Virus record (IMG/VR): IMGVR_UViG_2531839459_000011
DNA length: 64,000 bases
Source of the DNA: an uncultured virus (IMG/VR IMGVR_UViG_2531839459_000011)
Taxonomy: Duplodnaviria > Heunggongvirae > Uroviricota > Caudoviricetes
Strand: one strand, 5' to 3'
Of this stretch, positions 29,471-38,679 are shown in pieces. Position 1 is the first letter of the stretch, and every line of letters begins with the position of its first letter. The notes under the pieces were generated by a model. That model was not told the origin of the DNA and did no database searches. It saw only the letters and a program-made list of their open reading frames with translations. Made by a program: the position numbers and the translations under genes.

Positions 29471-30844
29471 CTAAAAATCTAGAATTTGGCCTGCCATTTT
29501 AAAGTTATCTAACACTTGAATGTGGTGGTTAATTAATTCTTGAGCCTGATTTCTCGATTCATTTTTCTCGAAATATAAGCGACTTTTGATTAATGCTTTT
29601 ACTGGTTCAGAAATAATCACGTCTTCAATCATATTCATAGCTTTCTTTAAATCATCGAAAGAAACTTGAATATATCCATCAGTCACATCGTTATCATCAT
29701 CGTCAGTGGTATGGTTAATTAGCCTTTTAATCGTATAGCTTCCTATGGCCAAGCTGTTCGCGATAGTGCCAAAGGTGCGGCGTAAATCATGGAACGTAAA
29801 TTCGATACCAGAATTCTCAGTTACTTTGTCACGTGCTGCTCGGCGGTCTGAAATATGGGAAACACCATTTCTATCGGTAAAGACATATTTGTTATCACCG
29901 GCACGTTTTTTTCGTTCACGCATAATGTGCCAAAGGGTATCACCCATAGGTAGCAAAAGATCCTCATGGTTTTTCGTATTAATAATTTTGATGGTACCAA
30001 ATTGAAGATCTACATTTTTCCATTCAACAGATTCTGCTTCACTACGTCTAAAACCAGTTAGAGCAAGTAAGAATAAAAAGTCTTGGTTTGTGTACGCTCT
30101 AAAATCGTTATTTTGTTCACCCATCCAATAAGTAGTGGCCACAGCCAATGCCCATGCTTCGCGCTGATCTGCACGAACATGGCCTTTTCTACGTTTAATT
30201 TTATTGAAAGCTTTTTCTTCTTTAACGATAACAACCGGGTTTTTTATATTTAGAATTTTATTCCCGGACTCATCCTTATACCTGCTAATCGTATGGTTAA
30301 AGAGAGCATGTAAAAATTTTGATGCAAGATTAGCTCGGGAAGGGCTTGCTTTCGAAAGCTTCAGATGACGATCAATAATCATTGCACTGGTGATTTGGTC
30401 AAGTTTTAAATCTTTCCAATCACTAAAGTAGTTTTCTATGCATCCGTCATAGGCAATTAAAGATGTTTCCGCCAGCTTTTTACGCAATTTATAGTATTGG
30501 TAAGCTTCACTAAGGGTAGGGACTAGCTTTTGTAAGGCATCATTTTGAATTGCTGAAGCTCGTAAATCACGCTTTTGCTTAACTGGATCTACACCTTCAT
30601 CCATCAAGATAAGAAGCCGTTTAGCTTCAGTTCTGGCTTGTTCTAATGTATAGACGCCATGTTTTCCAATAACTTTACGTTTAGACTTGCCATTAGGCAT
30701 TTTCTTTTCAGCAAAATAGCTTTTAGTTTTGCCCACACATAAGCCAAATCCTATAGTTACTGTATCTCTGTAAAAGATTTGTTTCTCTTCAGACAAAGGA
30801 ATAGAGTCTATTACCGATTTAGTAAATTTAATGTGTTGAGCCAT
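29471..30844 (-). CDS. int: Tyrosine integrase with N-terminal arm-binding domain (prophage 1)
   Basis: LTGFRRSE, HDLRRTF, LINH, VTDGY catalytic residues; YRDTVTIGFGL arm domain. Confidence 0.95.
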   Translation of the reverse strand: MAQHIKFTKSVIDSIPLSEEKQIFYRDTVTIGFGLCVGKTKSYFAEKKMPNGKSKRKVIGKHGVYTLEQARTEAKRLLILMDEGVDPVKQKRDLRASAIQNDALQKLVPTLSEAYQYYKLRKKLAETSLIAYDGCIENYFSDWKDLKLDQITSAMIIDRHLKLSKASPSRANLASKFLHALFNHTISRYKDESGNKILNIKNPVVIVKEEKAFNKIKRRKGHVRADQREAWALAVATTYWMGEQNNDFRAYTNQDFLFLLALTGFRRSEAESVEWKNVDLQFGTIKIINTKNHEDLLLPMGDTLWHIMRERKKRAGDNKYVFTDRNGVSHISDRRAARDKVTENSGIEFTFHDLRRTFGTIANSLAIGSYTIKRLINHTTDDDDNDVTDGYIQVSFDDLKKAMNMIEDVIISEPVKALIKSRLYFEKNESRNQAQELINHHIQVLDNFKMAGQILDF

Positions 30845-30853
30845 CTTTAAATT

Positions 30854-30935
30854 AAGCAATACAAAGCAATACCTAACGATACAATACAATAATTGTGAAG
30901 TCTATTAAGAGTCTATTTTGAAGGTTTGGTCTATT
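30854..30935. repeat. Left att arm: 10-bp-phased CAATAC-like array and three GTCTATT repeats
   Basis: AAGCAATACA AAGCAATACC TAACGATACA ATACAATAAT; GTCTATT at 30900, 30911, 30929. Confidence 0.7.
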
Positions 30936-30995
30936 AAAAAAGAGAGTTTTAAGTAGGGGATTTTGTTTTAAGTTATTGTTATCTATTAAAAATAA

Positions 30996-31048
30996 ATGCT
31001 CCGAAGATGCCGCTGCATGTCGTTACCCTTGAACCCTAAAGTTCAAGG
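30996..31048 (-). ncRNA. ssrS: 3'-terminal fragment of 6S RNA gene = att core at the prophage-prophage junction
   Basis: Reverse complement CCTTGAACTTTAGGGTTCAAGGGTAACGACATGCAGCGGCATCTTCGGAGCAT closely resembles the recalled E. coli 6S 3' end (CCTTGAACCAAGGGTTCAAGGGTTACAGCCTGCGGCGGCATCTCGGAGAT); no 5' part present. Confidence 0.88.
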
Positions 31049-31063
31049 TAATTTTGTAAATCT

Positions 31064-31239
31064 TTGCAACATTAGGCGACATTAAACAATATTATGCAAC
31101 AATAAAAGCCTAAATAAATCATTATTTTAGTGATTATGCAACATTAAACAATATTATGCGCTATTTGGCTTTTATGGTTGTGGCTACATACTGGCTACAC
31201 GGCTACATTTTTAATTTTTTAGGCTACATCTTGGCTACA
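31064..31239. repeat. Right att arm: 10-bp-phased arrays, a 19-bp direct repeat and five GGCTACA repeats
   Basis: ACATTAAACAATATTATGC at 31079 and 31141; GGCTACA at 31182, 31193, 31201, 31222, 31233. Confidence 0.75.
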
Positions 31240-31262
31240 TTTACAGGCATTAAAAAAGCGGC

Positions 31263-31544
31263 TTATGAGCCGCTTACATTAGACGTATTAGTTCCTTTTC
31301 TTTTCTTTACATACTCAATAACGTCTGACTTGATGTAAAGAACTTTACGTGGACTGACTTTTGTATAGGGAATTCCACCACCATGGGTTCGCTTTTGCTG
31401 CAGAAGCGAAGTTGAAACATCCAGAACCACGGCGACCACTTCTGGCGGAAATGGCTCATCATTTGCAGCTTCCCAAAATTCTTTTTTAAGTGCAGATTTT
31501 TCCTCTGGAGTCATGCGGGCTAATTTATTTAAACGTTTCATCAT
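31263..31544 (-). CDS. Excisionase-like winged-HTH protein
   Basis: PEVVAVVLDVSTSLLQQKR...GGGIPYTK...VLYIKSDV; next to att. Confidence 0.8.
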   Translation of the reverse strand: MMKRLNKLARMTPEEKSALKKEFWEAANDEPFPPEVVAVVLDVSTSLLQQKRTHGGGIPYTKVSPRKVLYIKSDVIEYVKKRKGTNTSNVSGS

Positions 31545-31894
31545 TACTCCTTACTTTCCGCTTTAACTTCTCGATCAAGACGCTCAATCTCCGCAATTAA
31601 TAAAGCGGCTGCACGAACCAAATCTTGTCTTGGGCTTTTTGGTTTCCAGAAAGTATCAGCAAAAGGCCACCATCCTGCAGCATCCTCATCCATATACACT
31701 TCGGGGCCGAAATCTTTGCTGTTATAAACCCAACCTCTACTTACTACATGATCAACGTAACAAGATGCAGCTCGTGGCAATTCATTTGCTTCATAGAGAT
31801 TATCAAATTCAGGTAAATACCCTTCTTTTATAATTTGGCGTTCTCTTTCATTAAGAACATCTTTGACAGCTTGACTGCTATATAATTCACTCAT
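31544..31894 (-). CDS. Conserved phage protein
   Basis: ERERQI...WWPF...WKPKSPRQDLVRAAALLIAEIERLDR. Confidence 0.75.
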   Translation of the reverse strand: MSELYSSQAVKDVLNERERQIIKEGYLPEFDNLYEANELPRAASCYVDHVVSRGWVYNSKDFGPEVYMDEDAAGWWPFADTFWKPKSPRQDLVRAAALLIAEIERLDREVKAESKE

Positions 31895-32280
31895 CCCTCA
31901 GCTCCCGATTCGCTTGCCACTTCAACCATCAAAGAATAAATAGGCGTGTAATGATCACGAGTCCCATCGCCCCAATGGAATCCACTATTTTCTAAACAGC
32001 TAACAACGCTGTCTGGAATCTCTTTCGGTACCAAACAGTAACCCTCTGGCACCGCCTGAGCTTTGGCTTTTTCTAGCTCTGCATCACGATGCTTTGCACA
32101 TCTAAGCCAAGCATCCCAACGTCTATTCATGTTGCTTATTTCTTTCTGAGCAATTTCAGAAGGATTGTTTGATCTAGTCATAAACAGTTCATGCTCATTA
32201 CTAAAAATAATGTCTCTTCTTCCTTTGTAATATTGGAAGGTATTCAGAAAAGCCTCTCTTTCCTTATTCAAATCTAACAT
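31891..32280 (-). CDS. Phage hypothetical protein
   Basis: AVPEGYCLVPKE phage motif; GGAG RBS. Confidence 0.7.
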   Translation of the reverse strand: MLDLNKEREAFLNTFQYYKGRRDIIFSNEHELFMTRSNNPSEIAQKEISNMNRRWDAWLRCAKHRDAELEKAKAQAVPEGYCLVPKEIPDSVVSCLENSGFHWGDGTRDHYTPIYSLMVEVASESGAEG

Positions 32281-32291
32281 TAGCTTTCTCC

Positions 32292-32840
32292 TCAAACTCG
32301 CAATGGCATCAATAGGCCGTGTACGCCGTCCACAAATTCCACATAAGTTGAAGTAGTGGCACCAGATGGATAAAAGAGAGGGAATCGGCAATTAAGAATT
32401 TTGGAGCACTTCATGAATTGGCCCACATATTCTAAATTCCACTGCACAAACTCTTTAGGGGGTTCGGTCGGTTTTGGAATATCAACACGGCTTATATCTG
32501 GAAACTTGCCGTCAATTGGTCGGAAGAATTCAAACATCCCATTTTCGTAATCCAGCAACCAAAATTCATCATCAATTTGGCTTAAAGTGATAGTCTTTAC
32601 TTTTGGGTTATTACCGACCTTTTTAATAAAAGATTTAACTATTTCAATTGGGATAATCACCTCTAAATCTTTTACTTCTGGAGCGTCACAGATAAGAGCA
32701 CAATGTCCATTTGTTGCGGCCATCACTCCATCTTTAACCAATACACCCATTAAGTAGAACCTTACTTCACGATGTGCAGCAAAAAGACTTGTTGCTTGAA
32801 GGTGCTTATAATTAAGAGTTACTTGTTTCAAAAAGTTCAT
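32292..32840 (-). CDS. Sliding-clamp (DNA Pol III beta)-like partial-domain protein
   Basis: EVRFYLMGV, AATNGH, IDGKFPDISRV resemble the DnaN central domain. Confidence 0.75.
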   Translation of the reverse strand: MNFLKQVTLNYKHLQATSLFAAHREVRFYLMGVLVKDGVMAATNGHCALICDAPEVKDLEVIIPIEIVKSFIKKVGNNPKVKTITLSQIDDEFWLLDYENGMFEFFRPIDGKFPDISRVDIPKPTEPPKEFVQWNLEYVGQFMKCSKILNCRFPLFYPSGATTSTYVEFVDGVHGLLMPLRV

Positions 32841-33277
32841 GGTTGCACCTCATTTTTATTTGCAAACACATTGGCAAACGTACTGCCCGCTAATTCTGGC
32901 AAGATGTTATTGGCTTCCTCAAAGGCGATAGCTCTTGCTGCTGCTTCTGAATCTAGTGTCATGGAGTCGTTATACTTCTTCCATTCCTCTTTAGATCGGC
33001 GATCCAAGAATCTACCTAGCAAGTGAAGAATCTGTTTAGTTGCATTATTGGTTTTCTTATAGCGAGCATCTGTTTCTATAAGGTCTATAGCTCCAGCTCT
33101 AGCCAACTTTAAAAGCTCATCATGTGGCAAGCTTTCAAAATCAATTCCAATTATTTGATCTGCTTTCTTTAGATCAACATCCTTACTTGGGTTGATTAAT
33201 CTTTGTTTTACATCTTGCGGGCTGATCTTATGTGCAAGCCCATTTCGTCTAAAGCGAATTACATTACTCATGATCAT
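32837..33277 (-). CDS. Phage hypothetical protein
   Basis: Coupled ORF in the leftward early operon. Confidence 0.65.
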   Translation of the reverse strand: MIMSNVIRFRRNGLAHKISPQDVKQRLINPSKDVDLKKADQIIGIDFESLPHDELLKLARAGAIDLIETDARYKKTNNATKQILHLLGRFLDRRSKEEWKKYNDSMTLDSEAAARAIAFEEANNILPELAGSTFANVFANKNEVQP

Positions 33278-33510
33278 GCCTTCAAATGTTTTTCAAATTC
33301 TTTAAAAAGCTGGGTAGCTGCCTTATTCATTTTTCCGTCATACGTGATGTGCACGTTTCTAGGAAAAAGTTTGCTGACTGTGGCGCAATAAAACTCCATG
33401 CGCCCACAAGGTCTAACAATTCCGCGATACCCAATCTTTGTAAGCCATAATAAAAACGCCTTAAAAAGAACCTCCCTAGAGAGGTCGGCGTAATTAACGC
33501 CGTCCGTCAT
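33274..33510 (-). CDS. Phage hypothetical protein
   Basis: Coupled ORF in the leftward early operon. Confidence 0.6.
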   Translation of the reverse strand: MTDGVNYADLSREVLFKAFLLWLTKIGYRGIVRPCGRMEFYCATVSKLFPRNVHITYDGKMNKAATQLFKEFEKHLKA

Positions 33511-33910
33511 TCTTAAAACCTTCTGTAAGTGTTTTAGAGATGGCCGCATTCGCTGGAGCTAAATGATTTGTGTTGATTACTTGCGTCTCTGGGACAACCT
33601 CTAGGTGTGTAATATTATTTTTCAACTCATCAAGTTGGTATTGACCACCAGTTAATTGAGCAAGCTCACCGTTGTGATAATCCTGAGATAAATCTGCTTG
33701 AGTTTTGGCAATATCAATCAAGCGAAAGGTTTTATCAAAGGCAAACTTACTTAAGTTGTGATCCTTTAGTTTTTCAACAAGACTTAGCTCAATTGCGGAC
33801 AGTAGGGCATTGATATCACCCATATCATTCTTAGCTTCACTACGAGCTGCAATAAGGTCATCCACAGTCACGCTTTTGTTTTCTGGAAAAAGTTGTGAAC
33901 TAGTACGCAT
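33494..33910 (-). CDS. Phage hypothetical protein
   Basis: GGGG RBS; leftward early operon. Confidence 0.65.
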   Translation of the reverse strand: MRTSSQLFPENKSVTVDDLIAARSEAKNDMGDINALLSAIELSLVEKLKDHNLSKFAFDKTFRLIDIAKTQADLSQDYHNGELAQLTGGQYQLDELKNNITHLEVVPETQVINTNHLAPANAAISKTLTEGFKNDGRR

Positions 33911-33922
33911 GATTATTCCCCT

Positions 33923-34645
33923 TTATTTTTTAAGTGAAGCTAAGCGCTCTTTGTGAGCATCAACTAAGCCTTGAGAGTGTTCACTTGTTCCACCATCAAG
34001 CTTCATTAATCCTTGTGTAGACATAACTCCAGAATGAATTTTGAAGCGGCGTTTAGGCATTTTTTTTTCAAAATACAACTTAGCTATCAATGCATCTTTT
34101 AGGTTGAAATAGAATGGTGATGATGTGGTAATCTCATTTTCTGAATCATCAAAAGATTGAGAAAAGTAGTAATGACAGCTTTGACTTGTGTTTTGTTCTG
34201 CTTGCCAAGTTAGAACATCTTTATAGTTTGGAATTAGCTTAACTAAATCTTCTTCAGCCATTTTTTCAACATTCAATTTGATCAAACGGAATTCATGTTG
34301 ATTAAGCCAAGCACGCTCCCACATAGGGGCATTTTCATTTTCAAAATCTAAGATTGATTTATCAAAAGCACCATAACTCATGTAGTAACAAATTTTAGGG
34401 TTTGCGCTTTTTAAGCTTTCTAGCTTTCTTTCTGCTTGATCAAGATGAAAGAACGGACGATTTATCACGCCGAATGGATAAACCTCTTGGCCTTGTATTT
34501 GAATTGAAAAATAATGACAAAAGTCCTCATCAAGCAACCATGCATTAATTTGGGCAAGCATCTTTTCAGGAGTCTTGTTTTTGTTTGATGAGCGAAGGTA
34601 TGGGCTAATGCAGTCCTGTTGACTAATATCTGTGATTTGGTTCAT
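33923..34645 (-). CDS. Phage hypothetical protein (first gene of leftward early operon)
   Basis: Long ORF downstream of the pL-like operator. Confidence 0.65.
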   Translation of the reverse strand: MNQITDISQQDCISPYLRSSNKNKTPEKMLAQINAWLLDEDFCHYFSIQIQGQEVYPFGVINRPFFHLDQAERKLESLKSANPKICYYMSYGAFDKSILDFENENAPMWERAWLNQHEFRLIKLNVEKMAEEDLVKLIPNYKDVLTWQAEQNTSQSCHYYFSQSFDDSENEITTSSPFYFNLKDALIAKLYFEKKMPKRRFKIHSGVMSTQGLMKLDGGTSEHSQGLVDAHKERLASLKK

Positions 34646-34758
34646 AATAAAGCACCAGTTATAGCGATGCTGCTCTGAAATTTTGGTAGAGGACAGAGAA
34701 AGCATCTAGGTTTAAAATTAGCTCCACAGTGTGGGGCTTTTTGTGTTTGTGAAATTAG

Positions 34759-34774
34759 GTTAACTTAAATTAAC
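34759..34774. promoter_or_regulatory. OL-like operator
   Basis: GTTAACTTAAATTAAC matches the operator family between cI and cro. Confidence 0.65.
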
Positions 34775-34885
34775 TAAATGCGTCAATAATTATTTTTGAT
34801 TTATTTTAGTTAATTTTTTTGATAATAAAAAACCCACAAAAGTGGGCAAATTTTATAAAAATTTCTTATTATTGGCGTGAATTTG

Positions 34886-35542
34886 CTAGTAAATATCCCT
34901 ATAAAGTCCTACTACTTTCCCAACAAGTCTGCAATCTTCTGATAGTTTTATAATTTTATCAGGCCAATCAGGGTTTAATGGTTCAAGAAACTTACTTGAG
35001 CCTTCTCCCTCAATTATTAATTTCTTGAAGGTTGCTTCTGAGTCGCCAGCACATGCAACAATTACAAGATCATCCGTTTTTAAATCAAATGTTTGTATGT
35101 CTGGGTTTACATAAATTCTGTCACCGGGTAAGAAAGTTGGCGCCATTGAGTATCCAACAACTTTTAATGCATATCCATTTTTTCCACATCTACGATTTGG
35201 GGGAAGGTATTCCTCAATTTCAGTATCTTTTAAAACAGTTTCAATGGGACTAAAAGAACCTGCTGCAACCCACGATATCACTGGAACAGGACGACCATCT
35301 GATGGCATCTTTTCACTTAAAACAACATTATTGTCCAGTTTTTCTTCAGTACCATGCATTAACCAACTATCTGAAACACCAAATAATTCTGCTAATTTCT
35401 TAAGCGATTCGGTCTTAGGTACATTTTCTCCATTTATCCATTTTAATACTGCTACTTTTGACTTTCCCGTTGCCAAGGCTAGGTCTACTTGTCGTAACTT
35501 TTTTTCTTTCATTTTCTGGACAATTCTTTCATGTAATTCCAT
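34886..35542 (-). CDS. CI-like repressor (HTH plus S24 peptidase)
   Basis: N-terminal HTH; VAAG cleavage site; GYSMAP (Ser) and ATFKKL (Lys). Confidence 0.95.
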   Translation of the reverse strand: MELHERIVQKMKEKKLRQVDLALATGKSKVAVLKWINGENVPKTESLKKLAELFGVSDSWLMHGTEEKLDNNVVLSEKMPSDGRPVPVISWVAAGSFSPIETVLKDTEIEEYLPPNRRCGKNGYALKVVGYSMAPTFLPGDRIYVNPDIQTFDLKTDDLVIVACAGDSEATFKKLIIEGEGSSKFLEPLNPDWPDKIIKLSEDCRLVGKVVGLYRDIY

Positions 35543-35563
35543 AACAATATTCGCAGTGAATTG

Positions 35564-35646
35564 GTTAACTTATATTAACACACTATATTGAAAATAAAAT
35601 CCCAGCATGATAACTTAAGTTAACTTTATGGATAATTTAAGTTAAC
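35564..35646. promoter_or_regulatory. Three OR-like operators
   Basis: GTTAACTTATATTAAC (35564), GATAACTTAAGTTAAC (35609), GATAATTTAAGTTAAC (35631); palindromic consensus GTTAACTTAAGTTAAC. Confidence 0.75.
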
Positions 35647-35648
35647 CT

Positions 35649-35849
35649 ATGAACCTTCAAGACTTATTGGACTACCACGATTGTAGCTCAAAACAGGAGC
35701 TATCAAGAAAGATGTTGGTTTCTAGAATTACCTTATGGAAGTGGGAAAAAGAAGGAATTCCGCTAAGAACACAGGCCTTTTTAGAAATTGAATCAAAAGG
35801 GATTTTAAAGGCGGATTTACTTAGCAAATCGAGTCAATCGTTAAATTAA
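35649..35849 (+). CDS. Cro-like regulator
   Basis: 66 aa HTH divergent from cI; GIPLRTQ...GILKAD. Confidence 0.85.
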   Translation: MNLQDLLDYHDCSSKQELSRKMLVSRITLWKWEKEGIPLRTQAFLEIESKGILKADLLSKSSQSLN

Positions 35850-35903
35850 AAAAACCGCCATCTGTTACAGCAGAGGCGGTTTTGTGTTTTGGAGCAAACC
35901 AAA

Positions 35904-36200
35904 ATGAATGAACAAATCTTAGCACAAAATTCAGACTGTGCAAGCCCATATGATGAGGAGGATCAAGTCCTTACTCAATGGCAAATTGATCATGACGCAT
36001 ATGCAGACTCAATAGCTGAGTACAAGGAATCTCGCAAAGAACCTGAAAAGGCTTTGGGCGTTCAAAAAGATTTCAACAAAACTTCCCATCCAATTGGGGA
36101 GGTTATAGCGGACCTGCAAAAACATTCTCACCTTTATGCACTTTTGAATCGATTTGAGAGCGCTGTAATTAACCGTCTAAGAGCAAAGGATAAGTTGTAA
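35904..36200 (+). CDS. Phage hypothetical protein
   Basis: GGAG RBS; coupled to the replication gene. Confidence 0.65.
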   Translation: MNEQILAQNSDCASPYDEEDQVLTQWQIDHDAYADSIAEYKESRKEPEKALGVQKDFNKTSHPIGEVIADLQKHSHLYALLNRFESAVINRLRAKDKL

Positions 36201-37270
36201 TGCACGATAATAATTCTATTGATGGCGGGGTAATTTTGCCTGATCCATTAATTGATAGTGATGTGGATTTACGCGACTTTGCATACATGCCACTTGATGT
36301 GGTGCGTTTCAGAGACAGCGATTTCACAGCTATTACAGATGGGGAAGCATTTAAGGCAGGTGTTTTGCTTTGGTGTGCTTCATGGCATCAAGTGCCTGCT
36401 GGATCACTTCCAAATGATGATCGTATTCTTGCAAATCTTGCGGGTTTTGGTCGCTTCATTGGGGAATGGGTAAAGGTTAAAGCTGAGGCATTGCATGGCT
36501 GGAAAGAGTGCAATGATGGCCGCATCTATCACCCAACAATCTGCGAGAAAGCACAGGAAAGCTGGGCATCAAAACAGGGCCATCACTACGCAAAATTTGC
36601 GGACAGAATGCGGAAATACAACAAAAAGCTTGAGTCAGAAGGCAAGAAATCCATAGATATTCCAACAAGTGAACAATGGATAGCTGCTGGATGTCCAAAA
36701 GATTGGGTTGAGTCTTCCACAAGTGTTCCACAAGAATTCCATCGGAATTCCAACGGAACTCCAAAAGAAAGCCAAAATCAATCTAGCGGAATTCCTTCGA
36801 ATTCTGCTCTTAAGGGAGAAGTAATAGAACATAAGGGAAATAATATAAATATATGTCCGCCTAACGGCGAACCTGTACCCGCTGAAAAACCAAAAGAGAG
36901 TTTCAAAGAAGAAATCCAAGAGATCTTTGAATTCTGGAAAACAACGTTTAACAAAAACAGCCGTACTGTTTTGGACAATAAACGTAAAACTAAGATTCAA
37001 GCCAGACTCAAGGAGGGTTACACAGTTCAAGACATTAAATTGGCAATTACTAATTGCTCCAAGTCTGAATACCACCTTCAAAACAACTTTACTGACATTG
37101 AGTTAATTTGCCGTGAAGCAACAAAACTTGATCGGTTCATTGGTATGTCTGGGCAAGAGCCAAACGTAGCGCACCAGTCTTCTGAGCAACCACAGGAACA
37201 GCAAGTTTTCAGACCAACGCCAGTGCGTGTCCAATATGGCAAAGCCTATGCTGAGGGTGGTACAGAATGA
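36200..37270 (+). CDS. Replication initiator (DUF1376/YdaU-like)
   Basis: YMPLDV...LWCASWHQVPAGSLPNDDRILA; internal iterons; upstream of DnaB. Confidence 0.85.
   Translation: MHDNNSIDGGVILPDPLIDSDVDLRDFAYMPLDVVRFRDSDFTAITDGEAFKAGVLLWCASWHQVPAGSLPNDDRILANLAGFGRFIGEWVKVKAEALHGWKECNDGRIYHPTICEKAQESWASKQGHHYAKFADRMRKYNKKLESEGKKSIDIPTSEQWIAAGCPKDWVESSTSVPQEFHRNSNGTPKESQNQSSGIPSNSALKGEVIEHKGNNINICPPNGEPVPAEKPKESFKEEIQEIFEFWKTTFNKNSRTVLDNKRKTKIQARLKEGYTVQDIKLAITNCSKSEYHLQNNFTDIELICREATKLDRFIGMSGQEPNVAHQSSEQPQEQQVFRPTPVRVQYGKAYAEGGTE
36715..36780. repeat. Origin iterons (11-bp tandem repeats)
   Basis: TTCCACAAGTG TTCCACAAGAA TTCCATCGGAA TTCCAACGGAA CTCCAAAAGAA. Confidence 0.75.
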
Positions 37271-38679
37271 CTAATGATTTGAATGTAACTGGTATTGAAA
37301 AGGACCCATTGTCAGATCCAAGCATTGAATCCTCTGTTCTGGTTTCAATTCTGACGATTAGTGAGGCTGCTGATTATGTGGCACAAATGCATGAGCATTT
37401 ATTCACTATTCATACTCATCAAGTGATTTTTAAAGCTATGCGCTCACTTTATGAGCGTGGTGAAATTATTGATGAACTTACAGTTTTGAGAGCAATTAAG
37501 TCGCTTGGGGCAGAGTCAAAAGGTATCAATGAACAATACATCATTGAGCTATTAGGGAATGTCGTAGGCAAAGCAATCAACTTTAAGTCATACATCAAGA
37601 TGCTGGAGGAATTGCACCTTAGACGGCAGCTTCGAGATGTTGGCAAAAAAACTCAGATTTATGCAAATGATGTGGGTTATGGATCTGCCGATGATGTTTT
37701 GGAAAAGGCAAATACCCTCTTAAGCAATATTAATTCCGTGTCTAACAAGGGTGATGTAGAGCACCTTTCTCATTCTGTAATTTCAATAATGGAAGAGATC
37801 AACAGCATCCAAACTGAAAGGATGAGCGGTCAATACAGAGTTCGTGGGGTTAATACTGGTTTTGTAGCTCTTGATCATCGAATTGGGGAAATTAATAACG
37901 GCGATTTAGTTGTTATTGCAGCTCGTCCAAGTATGGGTAAAACGGCCTTTGCTTTGAACTTGGCAACCAATATTGCAACTAATTTACGTAAGCCGGTTTT
38001 GATTGAATCCATCGAAATGAAAAGAGATGCAATCACCAAGCGGATCATCTCAAGCGTAGGGGATCTTAAACTTTCAAAAATCAAAAATGCTGAGTTGGAT
38101 GGCGAAGATTGGACTTGTTTTACTGAGGCTGCAAAAGTTATTCAAAATTCGCCTCTCATGATCATGGATGGCGCCGTCACAATTTCTGATATCAGAAAGC
38201 ATGCGCGCAAAGTGAGATCGGAAGAGGGTTCGCTGGGTGCCATTTTTGTTGATTACTTACAAAAAATTATTACACCGCATTTGCCAGCAAGTGCGTCTGA
38301 AAATGACCGTTTGACTTATATCTCAGATTCATTGAAGCGCGTGGCAATGGAATTTAATTGCCCAGTGTTTGCTTTATCGCAATTAAGTCGTCAATTGGAA
38401 AACCGATCAGATAAGCGACCAATTATGTCAGACCTTCGCGGATCTGGAGCAATTGAGCAAGATGCTGACGTAATTTTATTCCTTTACCGGGATGAGTATT
38501 ACAACGGCGAGAAGTCAAAAACACCCGGTTTGCTTGAAGTGAACGCCGCAAAAGTGCGTGACGGCTCAGTAGGCAAAACCTTTCTTTGTTCTGAGCTGGA
38601 CTATAGCCGCTTCTCAAATGTGCATAGTGATCAATTGGCAGCTCTTGAAAGTAAAGATAATTCAGGAAGCTTCATATGA
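37267..38679 (+). CDS. dnaB: DnaB-like replicative helicase
   Basis: AARPSMGKT, FVDYLQ, LSQLSR, SDLRGSGAIEQDAD. Confidence 0.95.
   Translation: MTNDLNVTGIEKDPLSDPSIESSVLVSILTISEAADYVAQMHEHLFTIHTHQVIFKAMRSLYERGEIIDELTVLRAIKSLGAESKGINEQYIIELLGNVVGKAINFKSYIKMLEELHLRRQLRDVGKKTQIYANDVGYGSADDVLEKANTLLSNINSVSNKGDVEHLSHSVISIMEEINSIQTERMSGQYRVRGVNTGFVALDHRIGEINNGDLVVIAARPSMGKTAFALNLATNIATNLRKPVLIESIEMKRDAITKRIISSVGDLKLSKIKNAELDGEDWTCFTEAAKVIQNSPLMIMDGAVTISDIRKHARKVRSEEGSLGAIFVDYLQKIITPHLPASASENDRLTYISDSLKRVAMEFNCPVFALSQLSRQLENRSDKRPIMSDLRGSGAIEQDADVILFLYRDEYYNGEKSKTPGLLEVNAAKVRDGSVGKTFLCSELDYSRFSNVHSDQLAALESKDNSGSFI

Larger units (their letters stand above)
1..30995. mobile_element. Prophage 1 (right half: head, tail, lysis, cargo, integrase), integrated at the ssrS 3' end
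   Basis: Contiguous head-tail-lysis gene order followed by cargo and a tyrosine integrase abutting an ssrS fragment; left end lies outside the window. Confidence 0.92.

Noticed and set aside
31064..31239. CRISPR-like array
   Set aside because: Repeats are 7-19 bp with no unique ~30-bp spacers and no cas genes; they fit att arm sites
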